Below, in pieces: positions 1 through 7,767 of a stretch of DNA of 16,506 nt. Position 1 is the first letter of the stretch; the number at the start of each line of letters is the position of its first letter. A program made the translations under genes and the position numbers. This stretch comes from Oligoflexales bacterium (GTDB lineage Bacteria; Bdellovibrionota_B; Oligoflexia; Oligoflexales; Bog-1112). The DNA is taken from assembly GCA_045105515.1 (NCBI GenBank), contig JBGCDR010000353.1:1-16506 (forward strand), read 5' to 3'. The notes under the pieces were generated by a model, which had not been told where the DNA came from, did no database searches, and was given only the letters and a program-made list of their open reading frames with translations.

Positions 1-110
1 AAGATCGGCATTGTGTTGGCGGTAAATATAGACACCGACACCGCCGTGATTTTTTTTACATAATTAAAATCATCGGAAACTCTGTCATAAATCAATTTTA
101 GAGGATCTTT

Positions 111-728
111 CTACAGATTAGGTCCTAGATGCCAGTTTATAAGTCCAGCTAGTGGATCAGCATTAGAGATTTGGTTTTCGCCTAAATCCAGTTGTAAAAG
201 CTTTTTCAGCTTAGCTAGTGGGTTTGTATCAGAAATCTGATTTTTGATTAAGTTTAGATAATTAAGGTTTATAAGTTTAGCTAGTGGGCTCAAATTAGAG
301 ATCTGGTTTTGATATAAGTTAAGAGAAACAAGGTTTGTAAGTCCAGCTAGTGGATTCACATCAGAGATTTGATTGCCAGATAGGTCAAGTTCTTTTAGGT
401 TTGTGAACTCAGCTAGAGGTAGCACATCGGAGATTTCAGCGTTCTTCAATGTAAGGTTAGAAGATTTTTGCAGTCTATCTCTTAGCTTAGAACAAGCTAG
501 ATTTGCCTTCAACGCATCTATAGTATGTTTGATTGCTGGAGTACAACTCCCTACATTTTCACCTTTCTCACAATCAGTGCAATAGGTAAAAAATGGTATT
601 AAAGGGCCAGTGAGGGTGTTATTATTCCCGGTATTAGTTTCGCGAGAATTAGACTGTTGTGCTTCCTTCTTATCTTTAGAGCAAGAAAATGTGATGATTG
701 TCATAAAAATCAAAAAATGCTTAAGCAT
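111..728 (-). CDS. Leucine-rich repeat lipoprotein (internalin/SDS22-like 22-aa repeats); 3' end possibly eroded
   Basis: Signal peptide ending in a lipobox-like TFSC, a Cys-containing N-cap, and about five LxxLxLxxNQISDxxPLAxL repeats. GGAG RBS upstream of the ATG. Confidence 0.9.
   Translation of the reverse strand: MLKHFLIFMTIITFSCSKDKKEAQQSNSRETNTGNNNTLTGPLIPFFTYCTDCEKGENVGSCTPAIKHTIDALKANLACSKLRDRLQKSSNLTLKNAEISDVLPLAEFTNLKELDLSGNQISDVNPLAGLTNLVSLNLYQNQISNLSPLAKLINLNYLNLIKNQISDTNPLAKLKKLLQLDLGENQISNADPLAGLINWHLGPNL
141..460 (-). repeat. 66-bp tandem coding repeat (LRR units)
   Basis: AGCTAG(T/A)GG recurs on the + strand at 147, 213, 279, 345 and 411, an exact 66-nt period equal to 22 codons. 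Confidence 0.95.
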
Positions 729-764
729 ATATTTTCTCCGATAAATTTTTATTTAGTCCGCCCC

Positions 765-791
765 TTATCGGAATTTCGGAAATAAAATTGA
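765..791 (-). promoter_or_regulatory. Putative sigma-28 (FliA)-type promoter for the LRR gene
   Basis: Minus strand reads TCAA-N15-TCCGATAA against the consensus TAAA-N15-GCCGATAA; it ends about 36 nt before the ATG. Confidence 0.5.
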
Positions 792-901
792 TTTATTTCT
801 ATGTCTTGGTATATTTCACCATTAATTTAAATTCTTACACTTTGATTGACAAAGCAAATTGCTCACCATTCACTCTGCCCCAGCGCAGGCAAGGCCTAGA
901 C

Positions 902-1385
902 TTACAGGAAAATGCAACGATCCTTCAACCTTTCCCACAAGTAGTACAGGGAAAAAGAGCATTTTAGCAGATACCCCTTTGAATTTCGTCCTGATGGGGG
1001 ACTCATCACATGCAAGGTATTCGGCTAGTTTATTGTAGGTCCAGAGTCGTTCAACTATGGGAGCCATGGTATCCACATGCTTGTGGAGTAAGCGGGTGAG
1101 GGTAGACCGGCTCATATCCAGACCTTCTGCCCTTAACACTGCAAATTGCCAATATAAAGGCAAGGATAGTCGGAACTTATCGCAGATCAAACGGGCAATA
1201 AATCTAGGGGAATAAAGGGTTCCTGGCACTCCCCTCACAGGGCTAGGAACCTTCATTTTAGACCCCCCGCATTTGCAACATGCTTTGTGCAAATAGTGAC
1301 GTCTTTTGATAAAGCGAGATTCCTCCACATCAATTTCTTCAGCGACCCTATACTGGCCTTGATCGACTAGCCTGCCATTGCATAA
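902..1385 (-). pseudogene. tnpC: IS66-family transposase (TnpC) internal fragment
   Basis: Zinc-ribbon remnant (CNGRL...EEIDV...KRRHYLHKACCKC), DKFRLSLPLYWQ (family motif LPLYRQ), GLDMSRSTL, and YLACDESP (first catalytic Asp region). The N-terminus, the rest of the DDE domain, tnpA/tnpB and the IRs are not seen. Confidence 0.88.
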
Positions 1386-1548
1386 AAGAAAAGTGCATAT
1401 TAATGATGCTACGATTAGTCCACAACAGACTGTTAAAAAAATAAAACTATTTAAAAAGTAAAATGTTTCATCAAGCTTATTAGTAAGTAGCAAATAAATA
1501 AGAAAAAAAGTAATGAAAGACACTAAATAATATGCAATTTTTCTTCAT
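1386..1548 (-). pseudogene. 5' remnant of an AT-rich membrane-protein gene, truncated by the IS66 fragment
   Basis: ATG at 1548. Removing one A from the A5 run gives MKKIAYYLVSFITFFLIYLLL...FIFLTVCCGLIVASLICTF, with two hydrophobic segments. GC content steps up sharply near 1385. Confidence 0.45.
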
Positions 1549-1726
1549 AGGTGTTATTTGTTTAGTTAGCTAGAAAGGATCCAAAAAATATACGAAACGA
1601 GATCTAGAATCTAGTCGCAAATTTAAAAATCGGTCTTCAAATTTCTCGACTAATCTTCCTTTACAACTCGAGCCAAGCACTATGGGTAAAACAAACATTT
1701 CCTAATCCATTATTTTTATTACGTAT

Positions 1727-1900
1727 ATGTCTAGTGTCATAATAAATGATAAAATAGTGTTAATAAATATTCATCCAACACATGTGGAAGTTCATGTTAG
1801 ATCTTCTAATATTACTGTGCAAATTCCTCTTATTTTATGGGAAGTTTTTGTTGCATCAATTCAACTAGATAGCACTCATTCACATAGCCAACACGAGTGA
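1727..1900 (+). CDS. Small hypothetical protein, 57 aa (below the ORF-track cutoff)
   Basis: Manual translation: MSSVIINDKIVLINIHPTHVEVHVRSSNITVQIPLILWEVFVASIQLDSTHSHSQHE. The frame is open in very AT-rich DNA; no clear RBS. Confidence 0.35.
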   Translation: MSSVIINDKIVLINIHPTHVEVHVRSSNITVQIPLILWEVFVASIQLDSTHSHSQHE

Positions 1901-1958
1901 TGGTGAACCTTTTGATATTGTCCATATAGAAGAGAAGCTGTAAAAAATGCATTTCTTG

Positions 1959-2177
1959 CTATACCGCAACCCTGAGAGTGACTAACAACAGTCGATCTTT
2001 CAGCTTTTCATCAAAATCTGTTTTAGATTCCAAATTTCCTGGCAAATGGTCATAGTCCGTTACAGCATCCAAAGTAGTCGGTCCATAAAAAGCAGACTCA
2101 GAGATAGAAACATTGTATATGACTCTCACGGGTCGATAGTTAAGGCTTTTTGACAGCTCTTTTGCACTTTTTATCAC
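1959..2177 (-). CDS. Hypothetical protein or degraded gene fragment (72 aa)
   Basis: GTG-start ORF with protein-like composition and no recognisable motif; the upstream frames are broken by stops. Confidence 0.3.
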   Translation of the reverse strand: MIKSAKELSKSLNYRPVRVIYNVSISESAFYGPTTLDAVTDYDHLPGNLESKTDFDEKLKDRLLLVTLRVAV

Positions 2178-2378
2178 CTTACTGTCCTTTCATAACAAAA
2201 ATCTATTTCTTGGTTTATAAATCCAGAGTGTAGGCTAGAGATATTATCAAGGAAGATTCAGGCCCATTTTATAAAGATAGATCTTTGGCGAAATTTAAAT
2301 ATGATGGGCTATTTGATTTGAGAGAATACAGCTGAGCAAAGGTAGATAGTAGTTATTAAGGGTGTGTTTTGTTTTCTG

Positions 2379-4037
2379 CTAAGATTTAGTGCCTTCCATC
2401 AAGGGGATCTTAAGTCCTTTTTCCTTAGCAATTTCAGTTGCTCTTTCGTAACCTGCGTCCACATGCCTCACAATGCCCATTCCTGGGTCAGAGTTTAAAA
2501 CCCTTGAGAGTTTTTCTTTCGCAGCTTCAGTACCATCGGCAACGATAACCATTCCGGCATGGAGGGAGTAGCCCATACCAACCCCGCCACCATGGTGGAA
2601 GCTAACCCAACTGGCTCCATTAACTGCATTTATCAGTGCATTTAAAATGGGCCAATCGGCAACGGCATCAGAACCATCCAACATCCCCTCGGTCTCGCGA
2701 TAGGGTGAGGCCACTGAGCCGCAGTCTAGATGGTCACGCCCTATAACAATGGGTGCAGAAACTTTGCCTTGTTTAACGAGATCGTTAATCAGTATGCCTG
2801 CTTTCTCGCGGTCACCATATCCAAACCAGCAAATTCTACAGGGGAGTCCTTGGAATTTGATTTTCTCCCTGGCAGCAGCTAGCCAGCGCATTAATCCTTT
2901 GTCCTGAGGAAATGCTTCAAGTAAAGCAGCATCAATGCAGGCAATATCTTCTGGTTTTCCCGACAAAGCAGCCCAGCGAAACGGTCCCTTTCCTTCACAG
3001 AATAAGGGCCGGATAAATTCAGGAACAAAGCCTTTAAAAGCGAAAGGGTTTTTTGCACCCCCCTTTTCGGCTCCTGCTCTTATGTTATTGCCGTAGTCAA
3101 AAACAATAGCACCCTTTTCCTGGCAAGCGATCATAGCGTCCACCAGAGTTGCCATGGACTGGAAAGAGAGCGTCTTGTATTTATTCTGATCGCTTTTCCT
3201 TAGGCTCAAGGCTTCTTCAAGGGAGATTTGATGAGGGATGTATCCATTTAGCTCATCATGGGCAGAGGTTTGGTCAGTGACTATATCGGGAATCTTTCTC
3301 CGGTTTAATAACTCAGGGAGCACCTTTGCAACATTACCTTGTAACCCAATGCTAAGCGGAATTTTTTTTTGACAAGCTTCTTCTACCATAGCAAGAGCCT
3401 CGTCCAAATCCTTAGCATGCTTGTCCAAATAGCCCGTATCGAGGCGTTTTTTGATGCGGGTAGCATCCACATCGACACCAAGAAATACACCACCAGCAAT
3501 CACTGCTGCAAGAGGTTGTGCTCCTCCCATTCCACCTAATCCGCCAGAAAAAATAAACCGGCCTGCAAGGCTTCCATTAAAGTATTTATCTCCGCAGGCA
3601 GCAAAAGTTTCGTAAGTACCTTGCACGATCCCTTGACTGCCAATATAGATCCATGATCCTGCAGTCATTTGCCCGTACATCATCAGGCCTTTTTTTTCCA
3701 AATCGTGAAAATGGTCCCAATTTGCCCAATTACCAACAAGGTTGGAGTTGGCAATTAAAACTCGAGGTGCCCCAGCGTGGGAGCGGAAAATTGCGACTGG
3801 CTTTCCTGATTGGACAAGGAGTGTCTCGTCATTTTCCAAAGATTTAAGGCATGAAATGATAGAGTCAAAACATTTCCAGTTTCTCGCTGCTTTTCCAGTG
3901 CCACCGTACACAACTAACTCAGCTGGATTCTCAGCAACTTCTGGGTCCAGATTATTCATCAGCATGCGCATAGCAGCTTCTTGGGTCCAGGACTTGCAAC
4001 TTAGATTGGTTCCGGTAGGAGCTTTAATTGTCCGCAT
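2379..4037 (-). CDS. hutU: Urocanate hydratase
   Basis: 552 aa with hallmark motifs [68 protein letters not shown] and [21 protein letters not shown]. Confidence 0.99.
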   Translation of the reverse strand: MRTIKAPTGTNLSCKSWTQEAAMRMLMNNLDPEVAENPAELVVYGGTGKAARNWKCFDSIISCLKSLENDETLLVQSGKPVAIFRSHAGAPRVLIANSNLVGNWANWDHFHDLEKKGLMMYGQMTAGSWIYIGSQGIVQGTYETFAACGDKYFNGSLAGRFIFSGGLGGMGGAQPLAAVIAGGVFLGVDVDATRIKKRLDTGYLDKHAKDLDEALAMVEEACQKKIPLSIGLQGNVAKVLPELLNRRKIPDIVTDQTSAHDELNGYIPHQISLEEALSLRKSDQNKYKTLSFQSMATLVDAMIACQEKGAIVFDYGNNIRAGAEKGGAKNPFAFKGFVPEFIRPLFCEGKGPFRWAALSGKPEDIACIDAALLEAFPQDKGLMRWLAAAREKIKFQGLPCRICWFGYGDREKAGILINDLVKQGKVSAPIVIGRDHLDCGSVASPYRETEGMLDGSDAVADWPILNALINAVNGASWVSFHHGGGVGMGYSLHAGMVIVADGTEAAKEKLSRVLNSDPGMGIVRHVDAGYERATEIAKEKGLKIPLMEGTKS

Positions 4038-4098
4038 ATCACCTTCCCTCCGCAGAATAAAATCTCAAGCAGCTTTCTGTCACTCACAAAGCATTTTG

Positions 4099-4168
4099 AA
4101 AAAAGGCTTCTCCCCGAATTAAATGGATGAAATGTGGGAGATGCCACAAGGTCCCTTCGGGGCTGAGC
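4099..4168 (-). terminator. Branched stem-loop followed by U6 between hisS and hutU (terminator or attenuator candidate)
   Basis: 4106-4118 pairs with 4156-4168 (core CCCCGAA/TTCGGGG), with an inner hairpin at 4133-4137/4144-4148. A6 at 4099-4104 is a U-tract on the minus-strand mRNA. Confidence 0.45.
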
Positions 4169-4191
4169 ATGACAGCAATTTTGGATCTTGC

Positions 4192-5538
4192 TTACATCTT
4201 AATTATCCCTTTTAAGGTATCAACTAGCTGAGTTTGAGGCACACCTTTTTTTTCTTCACCCGATCTCATATCCTTCACTGAAACTGTTTGCTTGGCAATT
4301 TCGTCATCGCCTAAAGTTACTACAACTGGATAACCTTGCCTGTTTGCGTGTTTAAACTGATTCGCAAGCTTATTAGTTTTAAGTGCTATGTCAGCCTTAA
4401 TGTTTTGATTACGTAGGTCCTGCAGGATTTCAAATGCTTTGGTCCTAGCTTTGTCTGAGGCAATGGCAACAAATACAGTTTGCTCGTCTAGGGCTTGTTC
4501 AATTTTTTCCAGTTCTTGCAGCCCAGCTAAAAGACGGTCTAGTCCAATAGAACCACCGATACCAGGAAGCTGCCGATTAAGGTAGCGCTCAACAAGCTCA
4601 TTGTAACGCCCTCCAGAGCAAATTGAACCGAAGCCAGGTAGTGAATCGATTGTGGTCTCGAAGCATATTCCTGTGTAGTACCCAAGGCCCCGAGCAATTG
4701 ATAAGTCGATGATGACCTTACCTTTACTAGTTTTACTGACGTGGTTTATGGTTTCGACGGTAGATCGAAGTTGCTCCAGAACTTCAAGGTTTTCAGAGTC
4801 ACCTTCTAAAAGTTTGGCGATTTTGCTCAAGTGGGTGCCCGTTTCTGGATCTTTGTCGGCAATTGCTTCGATGAGGATTTCTCCTCCTCCGGGTTTCTCC
4901 TTCGCAATTTCGTCGAGCTGCCCAAGCACTTTGTCCTTACCAATCTTATCAAGCTTATCTATGATTATCAGCGCCTTCGATTCAAGCTCAGGATCTTGAA
5001 TGCCAAGAGTCTTTGAAATTAAAGCTGACAAAATCAAGCGGTGGCCTATAGCCATGGTAAAGGGGCCCATGTCAATGCGGCTCAATATATTGCGGAAGCA
5101 AAGTAAGATTTCCATATCAGCTTCAATGGAATTAACCCCAACAATATCAAGGTCGCACTGACAAAACTCCCTATAGCGACCTTTTTGCGGCTTTTCTGCA
5201 CGCCAAACATCGCCAATTTGGAGGCGTTTGAATGGAAAGTTTAAACTCCCTTGGTGCTCGGCAACATAACGAGCGAAAGGAACTGTTAAATCAAATCTGA
5301 GGGCCACATCCCGATCACCATTGTCTTGAAAGCGAAAGACCTGTTTGTCGGTTTCTCCTCCTACCCCAAGGAGGACTTCACTGTACTCTAAGGCCGGTGT
5401 GCCAACAGCCTTAAAACCAGCTTTTGCTGCTTCGTCGCGGATGATGTCCATGATTTTATAGCGCATTTCCATGATTGGGGGGTGGTAATCTTGAAAGCCT
5501 TTTAAACGTCTTGCTTGAACTTTATCACGTGAACTCAA
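4192..5538 (-). CDS. hisS: Histidine--tRNA ligase
   Basis: KGFQDY, LRFDLTVPFARY, WRAEKPQKGRYREFCQCD, ARGLGYYTG, GGRYNEL, IGLDRL and a C-terminal anticodon-binding domain. TTG start with AGGAG RBS. Confidence 0.98.
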   Translation of the reverse strand: MSSRDKVQARRLKGFQDYHPPIMEMRYKIMDIIRDEAAKAGFKAVGTPALEYSEVLLGVGGETDKQVFRFQDNGDRDVALRFDLTVPFARYVAEHQGSLNFPFKRLQIGDVWRAEKPQKGRYREFCQCDLDIVGVNSIEADMEILLCFRNILSRIDMGPFTMAIGHRLILSALISKTLGIQDPELESKALIIIDKLDKIGKDKVLGQLDEIAKEKPGGGEILIEAIADKDPETGTHLSKIAKLLEGDSENLEVLEQLRSTVETINHVSKTSKGKVIIDLSIARGLGYYTGICFETTIDSLPGFGSICSGGRYNELVERYLNRQLPGIGGSIGLDRLLAGLQELEKIEQALDEQTVFVAIASDKARTKAFEILQDLRNQNIKADIALKTNKLANQFKHANRQGYPVVVTLGDDEIAKQTVSVKDMRSGEEKKGVPQTQLVDTLKGIIKM

Positions 5539-6080
5539 GAATTGGCTCCTTCAGTAGGGTCAGGTTTGTTTTTCATAGGCAGCTTGCTCATCGTGGCAAA
5601 GCAAAAATTGGCTAAAATAGTCTTAACTCTCAGTCTTACTCTTGGCAAGGTTCTTTAGATCTTCTCTTAGCAATTTTTCCTTTACTTTTTTGGATCAAGA
5701 GAAGGGTATATTGCTATCATTTTTGAAGACTACCAAAAGCCTAAAAAAAACTGTTCATTTTATATACAGAGCGGAACCCACTACAAAAAGTGGTTCAATA
5801 AGTTCTGCAATATTCTCAATGTTCTTCACTAGGTAAATCACAAACTATATCCAATCTCACTCTTAGAGAGGGGGATTGAGTGAGAATTTCGAACAGATTG
5901 ATTCTCTAAATTTGATTGAACGATTTTCGAAAGCTCTAAATCAGAAAACCAGAATCAGAGCATTCGAAAAACATACTGCTAAATGCTAAATTCATAACTA
6001 GGAATCAATCCATGGGCGAAGTTTTGTGATTAAGATAGAAAAAAATAAGTAAAAAATCTCTTTCAATTGATCTAAAATAT

Positions 6081-6485
6081 TCAGGAATTAGAAAGCTCTT
6101 TGCCATACTTCATATCAATCCCTTTTATATGAGAAGATAACCAAAAATTGAGAAAAACAAAGACCTCATCAGAAATATTCGTATTGTCACCGTTTTGAAA
6201 AGACTCGTAGTGAGTTTTCAACTTGGCTAATAAGTCCTGATGAATTATTTTATGTGTTGGCAGTCCGGAGTAGTCATTTGATTCAAGGTATTTTTCCTCT
6301 TCTTTGAAATGTCGTACCGTATAATCAAACAAGTCAGACATGTTTTTTTCTAGTACTTTTTTATCAACACTTTTTTCATTGTTGTCATATAGTATTCCCA
6401 TCAAATCTATTAGTTTTTTATGTTGATTATTCATATTTTCAATACCAATATCTAAATCACTCTTCCATATCATTTTAGATACCAT
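6081..6485 (-). CDS. Bacteriohemerythrin (single domain)
   Basis: W...GI..M..QH, HFKEEE, HKIIH and WLSSHIKGIDMKY give the complete di-iron ligand set. Confidence 0.95.
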   Translation of the reverse strand: MVSKMIWKSDLDIGIENMNNQHKKLIDLMGILYDNNEKSVDKKVLEKNMSDLFDYTVRHFKEEEKYLESNDYSGLPTHKIIHQDLLAKLKTHYESFQNGDNTNISDEVFVFLNFWLSSHIKGIDMKYGKELSNS

Positions 6486-6547
6486 TTTTCACCCACTTTC
6501 TTATGAATAAAAGTAAATCGAATAAGAAAATAATTGTACATCAATTC

Positions 6548-6573
6548 ATATCGGATTATTTAAAAATAATTTA
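6548..6573 (-). promoter_or_regulatory. Putative sigma-28-type promoter for the hemerythrin gene
   Basis: Minus strand reads TAAA-N14-TCCGATAT, ending about 62 nt upstream of the ATG. Confidence 0.45.
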
Positions 6574-6901
6574 ATCAAAGGGGTCCTATATGGGCAAAAA
6601 GATAGCTCTTAAATCCAGCCTGAGATTCAGTGGATTATGACGAAAAATAGACAATGGGGATTTATTTTTGCATGTAGTTTAGTTGTTGATCTTGCATGAT
6701 ATTTCTGACGAAGGGGTTCTCTTTTCTTAGAGACTTGATGTTTCCCTTCTATAACTTAGCTCATCTTCAGTAGTGCTCCTTGCTCTCAAAGGGGCAAGCT
6801 ATTAGAATGAAATAACAATAAAAGAAAACTTGTAATTCATTCCTAAAATAAGTATAAGAAGTGGCACACAAACCATAATAGTTTGAATACAAGGTTTTTA
6901 T

Positions 6902-7258
6902 ATGTATAGATTCATTACATTATTGTTCACATTAACACTTTTTTCATCTTCTGCTCTTTCTAAAACACTAGTAATAGAACTCGTTAATGGTGGTATTCTG
7001 TTCTTTGATAGCTCGGAAGGTGAAATAAATACGCATGATAAAAATAAATTATCAAAATCAGATTTAAGAGTATTTTTCATCTTAGATGTCGCGAAAGAAT
7101 TAAATGCAAAGGGTGTGCCTTGGGTAAGTGAGTCAGAAGAAAATATTAGCGCTATTCTTTACAATATTTTGAATACTTTTAAGTACGCCGACTATGTATA
7201 CTATAAAAAATATAATACTGAAGATTCCGAACTTGAAGATGCTCCATTAGAATTCTAG
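6902..7258 (+). CDS. Hypothetical exported protein (118 aa)
   Basis: Sec-type signal peptide MYRFITLLFTLTLFSSSALS; AT-rich; acidic C-terminus; no recognised domain. Confidence 0.7.
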   Translation: MYRFITLLFTLTLFSSSALSKTLVIELVNGGILFFDSSEGEINTHDKNKLSKSDLRVFFILDVAKELNAKGVPWVSESEENISAILYNILNTFKYADYVYYKKYNTEDSELEDAPLEF

Positions 7259-7517
7259 CCTCCATCCACACTTATTCCTTCATTACAACTTATGCTCGCT
7301 ATAAAATGAAATCATGATACGAGATATATGGAATTTTCCAGTATGTGCCTACCGTTGGTACTTTTGAGAAATAGCATTTTTTGGCATTAACGGGTTTTTT
7401 AGTTTGCTCTGGTCTATAGGCGGTGAGATTTACTATCCTATATTTGGATGATAAGCTACTAACATTAACTTAAAAATAAGCGTAAAATTCATGTTTGTTG
7501 TATAATTTTATGCATGA

Positions 7518-7545
7518 AATTGCAAAATGACCACACTTTGCAATT
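7518..7545. promoter_or_regulatory. Perfect 9-bp inverted repeat with 10-nt spacer (operator candidate)
   Basis: AATTGCAAA-atgaccacac-TTTGCAATT, upstream of the OmpA-family gene. Confidence 0.4.
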
Positions 7546-7617
7546 CTAAATTAGAAATGATTGACAGCAATTGGGAAAAGTATAAGAGCCTTTATTCTAG
7601 CTACAACTATGCATATG

Positions 7618-7643
7618 ATGAAGAAGTGACTTCTTCATTTTTT
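7618..7643 (+). terminator. Hairpin plus T-tract (intrinsic terminator-like, or a palindromic operator)
   Basis: ATGAAGAAG-tga-CTTCTTCAT followed by TTTTT; the stem is AT-rich. Confidence 0.4.
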
Positions 7644-7767
7644 AATTGTGCTGATACTAGGTTAGATTTAGGAATATGTTTGTGCTAGCTATGGTAAAAA
7701 CCGGTTCACCCATGTGATAACTAGGGATTTTTGAGACCATTACAATCGACACAATAGAAGTTTATTT

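Noticed and set aside
141..460. 66-nt periodic repeat as a CRISPR array
   Set aside because: The period equals 22 codons of an LRR protein, there are no unique spacers, and no cas genes are present.
901..905. CTTAC (GTAAG on minus) as an IS66 terminal IR
   Set aside because: The orientation is wrong for the end downstream of this tnpC, and no partner IR was found.
5642..5836. 64-aa + strand ORF and its protein-like antisense frame with two TGA codons
   Set aside because: TTG start without an RBS and no motif. TGA is used as a true stop elsewhere in the window (hemerythrin, OmpA, HlyD), so recoding is unsupported.
5851..5861. CCAATCTCACT also occurs at 16481-16491
   Set aside because: An isolated 11-nt match whose flanks do not align; compatible with chance.
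6531..6544. FNR box upstream of the hemerythrin gene
   Set aside because: Only one TTGAT half-site matches; the other half matches 2 of 5 positions.
6590..6640. 16-aa ORF MGKKIALKSSLRFSGL with an AAGGGG RBS and an overlapping hairpin, considered as a leader peptide or c-di-GMP riboswitch
   Set aside because: No regulatory codon run, and the downstream GEMM riboswitch elements are missing; too short to support.
7561..7586. TTGACA...TATAAG as a sigma-70 promoter
   Set aside because: The spacer is only 14 nt, outside the usual 16-18.
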